Assembly: GCA_002688505.1 (NCBI GenBank)
Contig: CP024013.1
Location: 120,001 to 152,000 of the forward strand
Direction: 5' to 3'
From: Candidatus Saccharimonadota bacterium
GTDB lineage: Bacteria; Pseudomonadota; Gammaproteobacteria; Enterobacterales; Enterobacteriaceae
DNA: 32,000 bases
A program made the position numbers and the translations under genes. Shown piece by piece: positions 1 through 13,263 of the stretch. The notes under the pieces are model-generated. The model did not search any database. It was given only the letters and a program-made list of their open reading frames with translations, and had not been told where the DNA came from. Numbering within the stretch: the first letter of the stretch is position 1; each line of letters begins with the position of its first letter.

Positions 1-352
1 TATTATATACATATAATATTTTTATAATATATTTAAATATTTTATTTAATAATAATATAAATATATATATTAAATAAAATATATAATTTATTTTATATTA
101 ACTTTATTAATTAAACATTTTAATTTACTTAAATACTTTGATAGATTTTTCTAAACCCAAATAAATTAATAGATAATTACAAAACTTTTTAATTCTAAAT
201 ATTTTCTAAGTAATTGATTATATTTCAATTTTAATATTTTTGCAATATAATAAATTTTATATTTTTATTAAATTTTTTAAATAAAATATTAAAAATTATT
301 GATTTAATTATAAATTATGTTTAAAATATTATAAACTTTTAAAAATTCTAAT

Positions 353-2251
353 ATGTTATTTTCTAATAAATTTGATTTTGAAGTTATTATAATTGGTGGA
401 GGACATGCTGGTATAGAAGCTTCATATATTTTATCAAAACTAAAGTGTAAAACTTTAATGATTACTTTTAATAAAAAAAAAATAGGTGAATTATCTTGTA
501 ATCCTTCTATAGGAGGTTTAGGTAAAAGTAATTTAGTTAAAGAAATAGATGCTTTAGGTGGTTTAATGGGTAAATTAGTAGATTTATCTGGTATAAACTA
601 TAAAATATTAAATATTAGTAAAGGATATGCTGTAAGAGCTACTAGAGTTCAAGTAGATAAAGATATATATAAAAAAAATGTTTTAAAATATTTAATTAAA
701 TATAAAAAATATTTAACAATTTTAGAAGATGAAGTTATTGGTTTAATAATTAAAAAAAATATTGTATATGGTATAAATTCTAAAAATTTTGGTAATATAT
801 ACTCTAATATAGTTTTATTATGTACTGGTACTTTTTTAGATTCTAAAATATTTATAGGTAATAAAATTTTTAATGGAGGTAGAATTAATGATTTTAGTTC
901 TATAAAATTATCTAACTATTTAAAAAAAATTAATTTAGATTTTGGTTATTTAAAGACAGGTACTCCTCCTAGATTAAATAAAAAAACTATTGATTTTAGT
1001 AATTTTGATAAACAGATTAGTAATGTTAATTTAATTTCTAAATTTTCTTTTTTTAATGAATTAAGAAAAAAAAATAAATTACAGCAAAAAAATTGTTATT
1101 TAACTTATACAAATAAACTAACTAATATTATTGTAAAAAAAAATTTACATTTAAGTCCTTTATTTAATGGTTTAATTGTATCTAAAGGTCCAAGATATTG
1201 TCCATCATTAGAAGATAAAATTAATAATTTTTTTAGAGATAGACATATTATATTTTTAGAACCAGAAAATATAGATAATAATATTATATATCCTAATGGT
1301 ATATCTATGAGTTTTCCTATAAATATACAATATAAAATTGTTAATTCAATAAGTGGTATGAAAAATACAGAAATTTTATTACCAGGTTATGCTGTAGAAT
1401 ATATGTATCTAAATCCTATATTTTTAAATAAAAGTTTAGAAAGTAAAATAATTAAAAATTTATTTATTGCTGGTCAGATAAATGGTACTACAGGTTATGA
1501 AGAAGCTGCTTCTCAAGGATTAATAGCTGGTATAAATATTTATTTAAAAATTAAAAATAAAAATTCTTTTATTTTAGATAGATTGAATTCATATATAGGT
1601 GTTTTAATAGATGATTTATGTACTAAAGGAATAAAAGAACCATATAGAATTTTTAATTCTAGATCTGAGTTTAGTTTATTTTTAAGAGAAGATAATGCTG
1701 ATTATAGATTAACGCCATTATCTAATAAATTAAAATTAATTAGCAAAAAGAAATATAATTTTTTTAATAATAAAGTAAATGAAATAAAATTAATTTATAA
1801 TTATTTAAATAAAAAAATATTTTTATTTAAAGATTTACCTATATTTGTTAGAAAATATTTTAAAAATAAATGTAATATTAAAGCAAAATCTTTATTATGT
1901 AATTCATTAATAAAATTTAGTAGAATAAAAAATTTTTTATTTAAAGATAAAAAAATTTTTTTAAAAAGTAAATTTTTAAAAGAAATAAAAATATTATTTA
2001 TATATAATGGATATTTAAAAAGACAAAAATTTCAAATTAATAAATATAAATTTTATGAAAATATTATTTTACCTAGTAATATTATATATAAAAATATTAA
2101 AGGTTTATCTAATGAAGTTATTGATATATTAAATTATTTTAAGCCTAATTTTTTAGGTCAATTATTAAGAATTTCTGGTGTTACACCAATATCTTTATTT
2201 ATTATTTTTAATTATTTAAAAAAAAAAAATTTATTATTTTTAAATTATTAA
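353..2251 (+). CDS. mnmG: tRNA uridine-5-carboxymethylaminomethyl modification enzyme MnmG (GidA)
   Basis: Intact 632-aa ORF ending in TAA. N-terminal FAD-binding motif IIIGGGHAGIEAS. Collinear over its full length with E. coli MnmG (about 629 aa). Confidence 0.95.
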   Translation: MLFSNKFDFEVIIIGGGHAGIEASYILSKLKCKTLMITFNKKKIGELSCNPSIGGLGKSNLVKEIDALGGLMGKLVDLSGINYKILNISKGYAVRATRVQVDKDIYKKNVLKYLIKYKKYLTILEDEVIGLIIKKNIVYGINSKNFGNIYSNIVLLCTGTFLDSKIFIGNKIFNGGRINDFSSIKLSNYLKKINLDFGYLKTGTPPRLNKKTIDFSNFDKQISNVNLISKFSFFNELRKKNKLQQKNCYLTYTNKLTNIIVKKNLHLSPLFNGLIVSKGPRYCPSLEDKINNFFRDRHIIFLEPENIDNNIIYPNGISMSFPINIQYKIVNSISGMKNTEILLPGYAVEYMYLNPIFLNKSLESKIIKNLFIAGQINGTTGYEEAASQGLIAGINIYLKIKNKNSFILDRLNSYIGVLIDDLCTKGIKEPYRIFNSRSEFSLFLREDNADYRLTPLSNKLKLISKKKYNFFNNKVNEIKLIYNYLNKKIFLFKDLPIFVRKYFKNKCNIKAKSLLCNSLIKFSRIKNFLFKDKKIFLKSKFLKEIKILFIYNGYLKRQKFQINKYKFYENIILPSNIIYKNIKGLSNEVIDILNYFKPNFLGQLLRISGVTPISLFIIFNYLKKKNLLFLNY

Positions 2252-2386
2252 ATTTATTTTATATAAAATGTTATAATTATTTATAAAATTAGTTATATTT
2301 TAAATTAATTTTATAATAATTAATAATTTATATAATTATTTTGGATTTTATTATAAAATTTATTATTAATAATATTGGATTTTGTA

Positions 2387-3199
2387 ATGTTTAAAAATTT
2401 TATTTTAAATTTTAGTTTATCTAATAATTATATTAAACATCATTTATCACATTTATATTTTGATATTTTAAATTTTAAATTATTAGATAATTTTAATAAT
2501 ATAAATTCTTTTTGATTTATTAATATAGATTCTTTAATTATATCTTTAATTTTAGCTTTATTATTTTTATTTATTACTAAATATTTTATATTAAATGTTA
2601 AATATAATAAAATACCTAATAGAATTCAAATTTTTTTTGAGTTAGTTATTATTTTTGTATTAAATAATGTAAAAAAAATTTTTGGTAAAAAAGATAAATA
2701 TGTTTTTAGTTTAGCTTTTACAGTTTTTACTTGAATTTTATTAATGAATTTAATGAGTATAATTCCTATAGATATTATACCTTATATATTAAAATTTTTA
2801 TTAAATATTAATTGTTTTAATATATCTGTATCTTCTGATATTAATATAACTACTTCAATGTCTTTTTGTGTTTTATTTTATATTTTTTTATATAAGATTT
2901 ATAATAATGGTTTTTTAAATTTATTAAGAAATTTTTTTTTTCATCCATTTAATAATAAATTTTTAATTATATTTAATATTTTATTAGAAATTATAAATAT
3001 TTTTTCTAAATTTTTATCTTTATCTTTAAGGTTATTTGGTAATATGTATTCAGGAGAAATTATATTTATTTTATTGTTTTTTTTAACACCATTATGATTA
3101 CAATGATTAATTGTTTTTCCTTGATTTTTATTACATATTTTAATATCTTTTTTACAATCTTTTATATTTATGATATTAACTATTGTTTATATATCATAG
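2387..3199 (+). CDS. atpB: ATP synthase F0 subunit a
   Basis: ORF-track fragment 2744..3097 extends to 271 codons with TGA=Trp. Aligns end to end with E. coli AtpB (HHLSHL, SFWFINIDS, FTWILLMNLM, LRLFGNMYSGE, LQSFIFMILTIVY). All 5 in-frame TGA (2513, 2732-region, 3095, 3104, 3122) sit on E. coli Trp positions. Ends in TAG at 3197. Confidence 0.93.
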
Positions 3200-3478
<279 letters not shown>

Positions 3479-3490
3479 AATAAATATTAT

Positions 3491-3973
3491 ATGAAAATTA
3501 ATGTTACTTTTTTAATTCAAATTATATCATTTATATTTTATATTTTATTTTGTATAAAATATATATGACCATATATAGATAATATCTTAGAAAAAAGAAA
3601 AAAATATTTGTTTTTAAAATTTGAAAAAATTAAAAGTGCTAAATTAAAAATATATTATTTAAATAAAAAAATTAATGAAAAAAAAAAATTAAATAATATA
3701 CTTATATCTAAGATGGATAATGATTTAAAATATATAAAAAGAAAATTAATTGAAAAATATAAAAAAAAAGCTAAATATGAATACTTTAAAATAATAAATA
3801 GTGCTAAATTAAAAATTAAAAATAAAAAAAGAATTATGTATAGTGATTTTAATAATAATATATCTAATATTTTATATATAGTTTTAAAAAAAATTACATA
3901 TAAAATTTTTAATAAAAAATTAGATAATAAATTTATAAATAAATTATTAAAAGATTTTAATAAATTACATTAA
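3491..3973 (+). CDS. atpF: ATP synthase F0 subunit b
   Basis: ATG 3491 is in frame with track ORF 3608..3973 through one TGA. N-terminus MKINVTFLIQIISFIFYILFCIKYIWPY matches E. coli [28 protein letters not shown], with the TGA on the conserved Trp. The remainder is a Lys-rich helix. Confidence 0.85.
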
Positions 3974-3975
3974 TT

Positions 3976-4536
3976 ATGTTAAATAATATTAGAAATTTGT
4001 CATATTCATATTCATTATCTTTAATTAAAATTATCAATTTAAATGATATTAAATTAATTAAATATTGAATTAATTATTTTAAATTATTAATATTTTTATT
4101 TAAAAAATTTAATATTAGAAAATATTATTTTATAAATAAAATTTTATTTTATAAAAAAGTATCATTAATTTTTAAAAAAATTTTATATCTTAATAAAGAT
4201 ATGATAAATTTTTTTTATATTATTATTCAAGATAATATAATTGATTATTTAAATTTAATATATAAGAACTTTATATTTATTTACAAAATTAAAAAAAATA
4301 TAAAAGATATATTTATATATTATAAAAATTTAATTTATGATAAAAATATTTTTTTTATAAAGAAAATTCTTAAAAAAAATATATATGGTAATTTAAATTT
4401 TATTTTTTTAAGAAAAAAATATTTAATAGCAGGTTTAAAAATAAAAATTAATAATTTTGTAATTGATAGTAGTATATTTAATATTTTAAATAAAATAAAA
4501 TTATTAAATTATAAAGAGTATAAAAATGTCTTTTAA
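3976..4536 (+). CDS. atpH: ATP synthase F1 subunit delta
   Basis: Position in the operon. ATG 3976 is in frame with track ORF 4201..4536 through one TGA. C-terminus LIAGLKIKINNFVIDSSIFNILNKIKLL resembles E. coli [25 protein letters not shown]. Otherwise highly diverged. Confidence 0.75.
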
Positions 4537-6070
4537 ATTTGAAGAAATAAGTGAAATAATTAAATCTAGATTAGATAAATTAAATAATATTGATTATTAT
4601 TATGAAGGAACAATTATATCTGTAATTGATGGTATTATAAGAATTACTGGTTTATCAAATGTTTTTTTAAGTGAATTATTAGAATTACCCTATAATATAG
4701 GATATGCATTAATCTTTGATTTAGATAAAGATTTTATTAGTGCTATTTCTTTAAGTTCATATAATAAATTAAAGCCTGGAATGATTGTTAAAAGTACAGG
4801 TAATGTATTAAAAGTTCCTATTGGAAATAATTTATTAGGTAGAGTATTAGATAGTTTAGGTAGACCAATAGATGGTAAAGGAAGTTTAAATTGTAATAAA
4901 TTTTATCCTATAGAACGTGAATCTCCTTTAATTATTGATAGAAGATATATAAATAGGCCATTATGTACTGGTTATAAATCAATTGATAGTATGATTCCAA
5001 TAGGTTTAGGACAAAGAGAATTGATAATAGGTGATAGAAAAACAGGAAAAACTAGTTTAGTTATTGATATAATAATAAATCAAAAAAAATTAAATGTTAA
5101 ATGTATATATGTATCTATAGGACAAAAATTATCTAGTATTTTTAATATAATTGAAAAATTAGATTATTTTAAAGCTTTAAATAATACAATATTTGTTGTT
5201 TCTACATCTTCTGATGAAGCTATAATGCAATATATAGCTCCATATTCTGGATGTTCAATAGCTGAATATTTTAGAGATAATGGAGAAGATGCTTTAATTA
5301 TATATGATGATTTATCTAAACATGCTATTTCTTATAGACAAATATCATTATTATTACGTAGATCTCCAGGTAGAGAAGCTTATCCAGGTGATATATTTTA
5401 TTTACATTCTAGATTATTAGAAAGATCTGCTTATGTTAATTATAAATTTATTAATAAATTTAACTCTAATTATAAAAAAAGTAGTATTACAGGTTCTTTA
5501 ACTTCTTTACCTATAGTAGAAACATATGAAGGTGATATATCATCATTTATAGCTACTAATATCATATCTATTACTGATGGTCAAATATTTTTAGAATCTG
5601 ATTTATTTAATTCAGGTATAAAACCTGCAATTAATCCTGGAATATCTGTTTCTAGAGTAGGTTCATCTGCTCAAACTGTTATAATGAAATATTTATCTAG
5701 TTCTTTAAGAACTTCTTTATCTCAATATTATGAATTATTAAATTTTTCACAATTTTCTTCTAATTTAGATAGTAATACTATTTCAATATTAAATTATGGA
5801 AGTAAATTAATTGAAATTTTAAAACAAAAACAATATTGTCCTTATTCATTATTTAAACAAATATTGATTTTATTTTCTTTAAAATATGGTTATTTAGATG
5901 ATATAGATTTAGATAAAATTTCTATTTATGAAGAAAAATTATATATTTATGCTTGTAAAAAAGATTTAAAATTAAAGAATAAAGTAAATATATTTGGTTT
6001 TATAAATGATAAAATTATAAATTCTTTGAAAAATATTATTATTTCTTTTAAATCTAAAATTTTAATTTAA
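4526..6070 (+). CDS. atpA: ATP synthase F1 subunit alpha
   Basis: 514-aa ORF with Walker A GDRKTGKTS and strong collinear similarity to AtpA. Overlaps the atpH end by 11 nt. Confidence 0.97.
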   Translation: MSFKFEEISEIIKSRLDKLNNIDYYYEGTIISVIDGIIRITGLSNVFLSELLELPYNIGYALIFDLDKDFISAISLSSYNKLKPGMIVKSTGNVLKVPIGNNLLGRVLDSLGRPIDGKGSLNCNKFYPIERESPLIIDRRYINRPLCTGYKSIDSMIPIGLGQRELIIGDRKTGKTSLVIDIIINQKKLNVKCIYVSIGQKLSSIFNIIEKLDYFKALNNTIFVVSTSSDEAIMQYIAPYSGCSIAEYFRDNGEDALIIYDDLSKHAISYRQISLLLRRSPGREAYPGDIFYLHSRLLERSAYVNYKFINKFNSNYKKSSITGSLTSLPIVETYEGDISSFIATNIISITDGQIFLESDLFNSGIKPAINPGISVSRVGSSAQTVIMKYLSSSLRTSLSQYYELLNFSQFSSNLDSNTISILNYGSKLIEILKQKQYCPYSLFKQILILFSLKYGYLDDIDLDKISIYEEKLYIYACKKDLKLKNKVNIFGFINDKIINSLKNIIISFKSKILI

Positions 6071-6074
6071 GTGT

Positions 6075-6080
6075 AAGGAG
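6075..6080 (+). promoter_or_regulatory. Shine-Dalgarno AAGGAG, 5 nt upstream of the atpG TTG start
   Basis: Consensus SD hexamer immediately before TTG 6086. Confidence 0.45.
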
Positions 6081-6085
6081 TTATT

Positions 6086-8760
<2,675 letters not shown>

Positions 8761-8816
8761 TATTGTTTTAATATAATTAATAATTTTATTAATTTTTATA
8801 GTAAATCATAATTTTT

Positions 8817-8822
8817 TATAGT
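8817..8822 (+). promoter_or_regulatory. Candidate -10 element TATAGT inside the TTTTATAGTAAA motif, upstream of the tRNA-Ala cluster
   Basis: The hexamer ends 36 nt before the tRNA-Ala 5' end. The same motif and spacing occur before tRNA-His (22074..22079). A second copy lies at 8797..8802. Chance matches are common in DNA this AT-rich. Confidence 0.3.
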
Positions 8823-8857
8823 AAAATATAATTAAATTAGTTATATAATATAATTAT

Positions 8858-8930
8858 GGGGTTATAGCTCAATTGGTAGAGTATCTGCTTTGCACGCAGA
8901 AGGTTAGCGGTTCAATTCCGCTTAACTCCA
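8858..8930 (+). tRNA. tRNA-Ala (anticodon UGC)
   Basis: Hand-folded cloverleaf: GGGGTTA/TAACTCC acceptor with the G3:U70 identity pair, anticodon loop CTTTGCACG, T-loop TTCAATT. No encoded CCA. Confidence 0.93.
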
Positions 8931-8937
8931 TTTATTA

Positions 8938-9010
<73 letters not shown>

Positions 9011-9046
9011 TAAATTATAATTTTATTTATAGTAAATTTTATATTT

Positions 9047-9128
9047 GGTGGGATTCCTGAGTGGTTAAAAGGGACAGACTGTAAATTTGTTGTCATTGAC
9101 TTCGAAGGTTCGAATCCTTCTCCCACCA
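9047..9128 (+). tRNA. tRNA-Tyr (anticodon GUA), class II with long variable arm
   Basis: Acceptor GGTGGGA/TCCCACC, loop CTGTAAA, long variable arm TGTCATTGACTTC. Closely collinear with E. coli tRNA-Tyr. No encoded CCA. Confidence 0.92.
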
Positions 9129-9161
9129 ATATTAATTTAATATAATAAATAAAAATAATAA

Positions 9162-9233
9162 GCGAATATTATATAAAGGTTATTATATTAGCCTTCCAAG
9201 CTAAAGATGCGGGTTCGAATCCCGCTATTCGCT
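9162..9233 (+). tRNA. tRNA-Gly (anticodon UCC)
   Basis: Acceptor GCGAATA/TATTCGC, anticodon stem TTAGC/GCTAA, loop CTTCCAA, T arm GCGGG-TTCGAAT-CCCGC, discriminator U. The D arm is very AT-rich. No encoded CCA. Confidence 0.85.
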
Positions 9234-11809
9234 TAAAAATATTTTTTAAAAGTAATATATATTTTATCTTTTATTAAATATGGTTTGATATATTTTTTTT
9301 TATTTTTAATTTTTGTAAAATTTATTTCTTTAATAAAATATATATTATTAGTAAATTTATTTAATAAATATTTATTATTTATTAAAATATTAATTTTTAT
9401 TAAATTTAAGTTAATTATAATTAGATTATTTATCTTTAGTTTAATTTTTCTTAAATAAACTATTATATTTTTTATTATTTTAAATGTTTTTATATAATTT
9501 TTATTTTTAAATTTGTAATTTATATTTGGTATTTTTTCTAATAAAATTGATTTTTTATTATTTTTTTTATATATAGATTTAATTTTATTTCATATATATT
9601 CAGTTATAAATGGTATAATTGGATGTGATAATATTAATATATTTTTATAAATATATATTATAGTATTTATTGAAAAATTATTTTCTTTTTTATAATATAA
9701 AGTTTCTTTAAATAATTCTATATATCAATCACTAAATTTATTCTTTAAAAAATTTTTTAATAAATTACATAATAAATCAAATCTAAATAATTTTATTGAT
9801 TTTTTATATTTTTTTGTAAATTTATTAAAATTATTTATTATTCAGTAGTCTATTAATAATATTTTGTTACTAAAATAGTTTTTTTTTTTGTAATTTTTAT
9901 AAAAATATATTATATATTTTGATAAATTTCATAATTTATTACAATAATTATAACTATCATTTAATTTTTTAAAATTAAAATTTATTTTTAATTTTAAATT
10001 TGACATTGAAGCTAAAGTATATCTTAATATATCTGTACCATATTTTTTTATTCCATTAGGAAAATTTTTTTTTGTATCTAAAATAATTTTTTTTCTATTT
10101 TTAATATTTATTAAATTTTTTATTCTTTTTTTGATTAGTTTTTTTTGTGATATACCTTTTATAATGTCGTTTGGATCTATTACATTACCAATAGATTTAG
10201 ACATTTTATTTCCATTTTCATCTGTTATTAATCCTGTTATAAATACTTTTTTAAAAGGTATTATAGATTTTTTTTTTTTTTTTATTAGAAATAATGTTAT
10301 CATTATCATTCTTGAAATTCAAAAAAAAATTATATCAAATCCACTAACTATTACATTTACTGGATGAAAATATTTAAATAATTTTTTTTTTTTAGGTCAT
10401 CCTAAACTAGCAAATGTTCATAATGATGATGAAAATCATGTATCTAAAATATTTTTATCTTGTTTTAGTTTTATATTTTTTAATTTATATTTTTTAATTA
10501 TATATTTTTTATTATATCCTATATATTTATTTTTATTATTGTCATATCAAATTGGTATTTTATGTCCTCATTTTATTTGTCTTGATAAACATCAGTCTTT
10601 TATATTTTTCATTCATTTAAAATATAAATTTTTATATTTAGATGGTATAAATTTTATTTTATTTTTTTTAACATATAGAATAGCTTTTTTTGATATATAT
10701 TTAGTTTTTAAATATCATTGTTTTTTTAATATATATATAATTTTATTATTATTTTTAGTATTAAAAAAAATATTTTTTTTAATTTTCTTAATTTTAAATA
10801 TATGATTATTTTTTTTTAGTATTTTAATAATTTTTTTTTTATTTAAATTTTTATATTTATATAAAATATTTTTATGTATTTTTTTACCTTTGTATGTATA
10901 AAAATCAGGTTTATTTTTAATTAATCCGTTTTTGTTAAATATATTAATTATATTAAATTTATATTTTTTATTTATATTAAAATGTTTTTTATTATGACCA
11001 GGAGTTATATTTAAACAAAAATAATTATTATATGTTTTAATTTTTTTATTTAAAATTATTTTTAATTTAATATTATTAATGGGATTAATAACATATTTAT
11101 TTATTAATTTTTTTTGTTTTTTATTTTTTGGATTTATTAATATGTATGTATTAGCTAATATATTTTCTGGTTTTGTAGTAGGTATTATTATATAGTTATT
11201 TTCATTAATTATTTTATATTTTATATAATATTTTTTAGTTGTTTTTTTTTTTTTATATATTTCTAAATCAGATAAAACTGTTTTAGTTTTTTTATCTCAA
11301 TTAATAATATTATATGATTTATATATTAATTTTTTTTTATATAATTTTATAAATGCTTTATTAACTGAATATGAAAAATTTTTATCTAAAGTAAAAGATG
11401 TTTTATTTCAATAAATACTACTTCCTAATATTTTAGTTTGATTAAAAATTTTTTTTTTATATTTTTTTTTTCATTTTCATAGTTCTTTAATTAATTGTTG
11501 TTCTGAATATTTTTTTTTAATATTTTTTAAATAATTTTCTACTATTATTTGAGTTGATATTCCTGCGTGATCTATGCCCATAGTTCATATAGTATTAAAA
11601 CCAGACATTTTTTTATATCTTATTATAATATCCATAATTGTTTGTTGATAAGCATGTCCTATATGTAGATTTCCAGTAATATTTGGAGGTGGCATTATTA
11701 TAGAGAAATTTTTTTTATTAAATATTTTTTTTGGGTTAAATAGTTTATTTTTTATTCAAAATTTGTATATTTCTTTTTCTTTTTTTATTATATCTAATAA
11801 TTTTAACAT
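9233..11809 (-). CDS. valS: valine--tRNA ligase (C-terminal coiled-coil shortened)
   Basis: I translated the minus strand codon by codon with TGA=Trp. It gives 858 aa with no TAA/TAG and is collinear with E. coli ValRS ([73 protein letters not shown]). It has 19 in-frame TGA, mostly on conserved Trp. TAA at 9233-9235. Confidence 0.93.
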
Positions 11810-13263
11810 TATATTATTTTATTATAATTTTTTATTCTATTTGTTAAAAATTTAATTAATAAGTAAACAGTTCTACCAGTAGCTCCATTTTTATTTCATG
11901 CAGTACCTGCTATATCAAAATGTGCTCATTTATATTTTTTTACAAAATTATTTAAAAAACAAGCTGCATTTATTGTATCTGAATAATTATTTTCACTACA
12001 ATTTTTTAAGTCCGCTATTTTAGATATTAAATATTTATTATATTTATTATATAATGGAAGTTCTCAAATATCATCATTTGATTGTTTACTTGCTTTTATT
12101 AATTCTTTTGATAAATTTTTATTATTAGTTATTAATGCACTAATGTTATTACCTAATGCAATTAAACAACATCCAGTTAATGTAGCTATATCTATTACTA
12201 TTTTAGGTTTATATTTATTTATATATGATAATGTATCACATAATAGTAATCTACCTTCAGCATCTGTATTAATAATTTCAACAGTTTTACCTGATAATGT
12301 TTTTATAATTTCTCCCGGTTTTGTAGATTTACTATCTATTATATTTTCTGCACATGATAATATAGCTATAATATTTAGTTTTAAATTTAGTTTATTTATT
12401 ATATACATTATTCCTCAAATAACAGCTGCTCCTGACATATCATATTTCATTTCATGCATATTATTTGAGTGTTTTAAAGATATACCTCCTGAATCAAATG
12501 TTATACCTTTTCCTATTAATATTATAGGTTTTTTAGATTTTGGGTTATTAAAATATTTTATTTTTATCATTTTAATTTTATTTTTAGATCCTCTATTAAC
12601 TGATAAATATGCATTCATACCTATTTTTTTCATTTTTTTTTTATTTAGATATGATATTTTAATATTTTTCCCATTTATATATTTTTTAGTTTTATTAAAA
12701 ATGTAATTAGAATTACATATATTAGGAGGTGTATTACATAAGTCTCTTGTTTTTTTTATTCCATTAGAAATTAATAAACTATTTTTAATAGATTGTTTAG
12801 ATTTATTTTTTTGTTTATATTTTATTTTGAAATATATTAATTTTTTTTTATTTTTTTTTTTTTTAGTTTTAAATTTTAAAAATTTATATGTTTCATATTC
12901 TATGATATTAATAAAATTAAATATTTTTCAATATATATTTTTGAATTTTATATTTTCTAAAAAAACTAAAATATTATTATAATATTTTTTTTTAATTATT
13001 TTAATAGTTTTAATTATTAATTTTTTAAAAATATTTTTATTAATTTTTTTATTATTAAATTTTATTAAATATATATTTTTGTTATTATTTAATATTTTAT
13101 TAATTTTTAATTTATTAAATAATTTTTTTTTAATTTTTGTTTTTTTTTTTTTTATTTTTTTATAATTTTTATTAAATTTATTATATTTATTATTTATAAA
13201 AATTATAATACAATCATATATTTTTATATTTTTATTTATATTATATTTTAATTTATATTTCAT
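11809..13263 (-). CDS. pepA: leucyl aminopeptidase (M17 family)
   Basis: Track ORFs 12928..13263, 12415..12633 and 12064..12408 share one frame and join through TGA codons. Motifs: TRDLCNTPPNICN, GKGITFDSGG, MKYDMSGAA, NTDAEGRL, WAHFDIAGTAW. Its TAA (11811-11809) overlaps the valS ATG (TAATG). Confidence 0.88.

Noticed and set aside
1-352. Search for DnaA boxes, or for a gene end, in the leader region before mnmG.
   Set aside because: There is no TTATCCACA-like 9-mer on either strand. The only short reverse-strand reading frame (about 27 codons ending near 130) has no start or homology support. The region is kept only as a low-confidence origin candidate.
10131-10805. Plus-strand ORFs 10131..10367 and 10539..10805.
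   Set aside because: They are antisense shadows inside valS. The sequence is low-complexity and Phe/Ile/Leu-rich, as expected from the complement of Lys/Asn/Ile codons.
12143-12706. 187-aa plus-strand ORF.
   Set aside because: It is antisense to the well-supported pepA catalytic domain (NTDAEGRL, GKGITFDSGG on the minus strand). Its composition is typical of a shadow ORF.
12928-13263. Lys/Asn-rich 111-aa hypothetical protein.
   Set aside because: It is in frame with, and contiguous through TGA 12928-12930 with, the rest of pepA. It corresponds to the poorly conserved N-terminal domain of M17 aminopeptidases.
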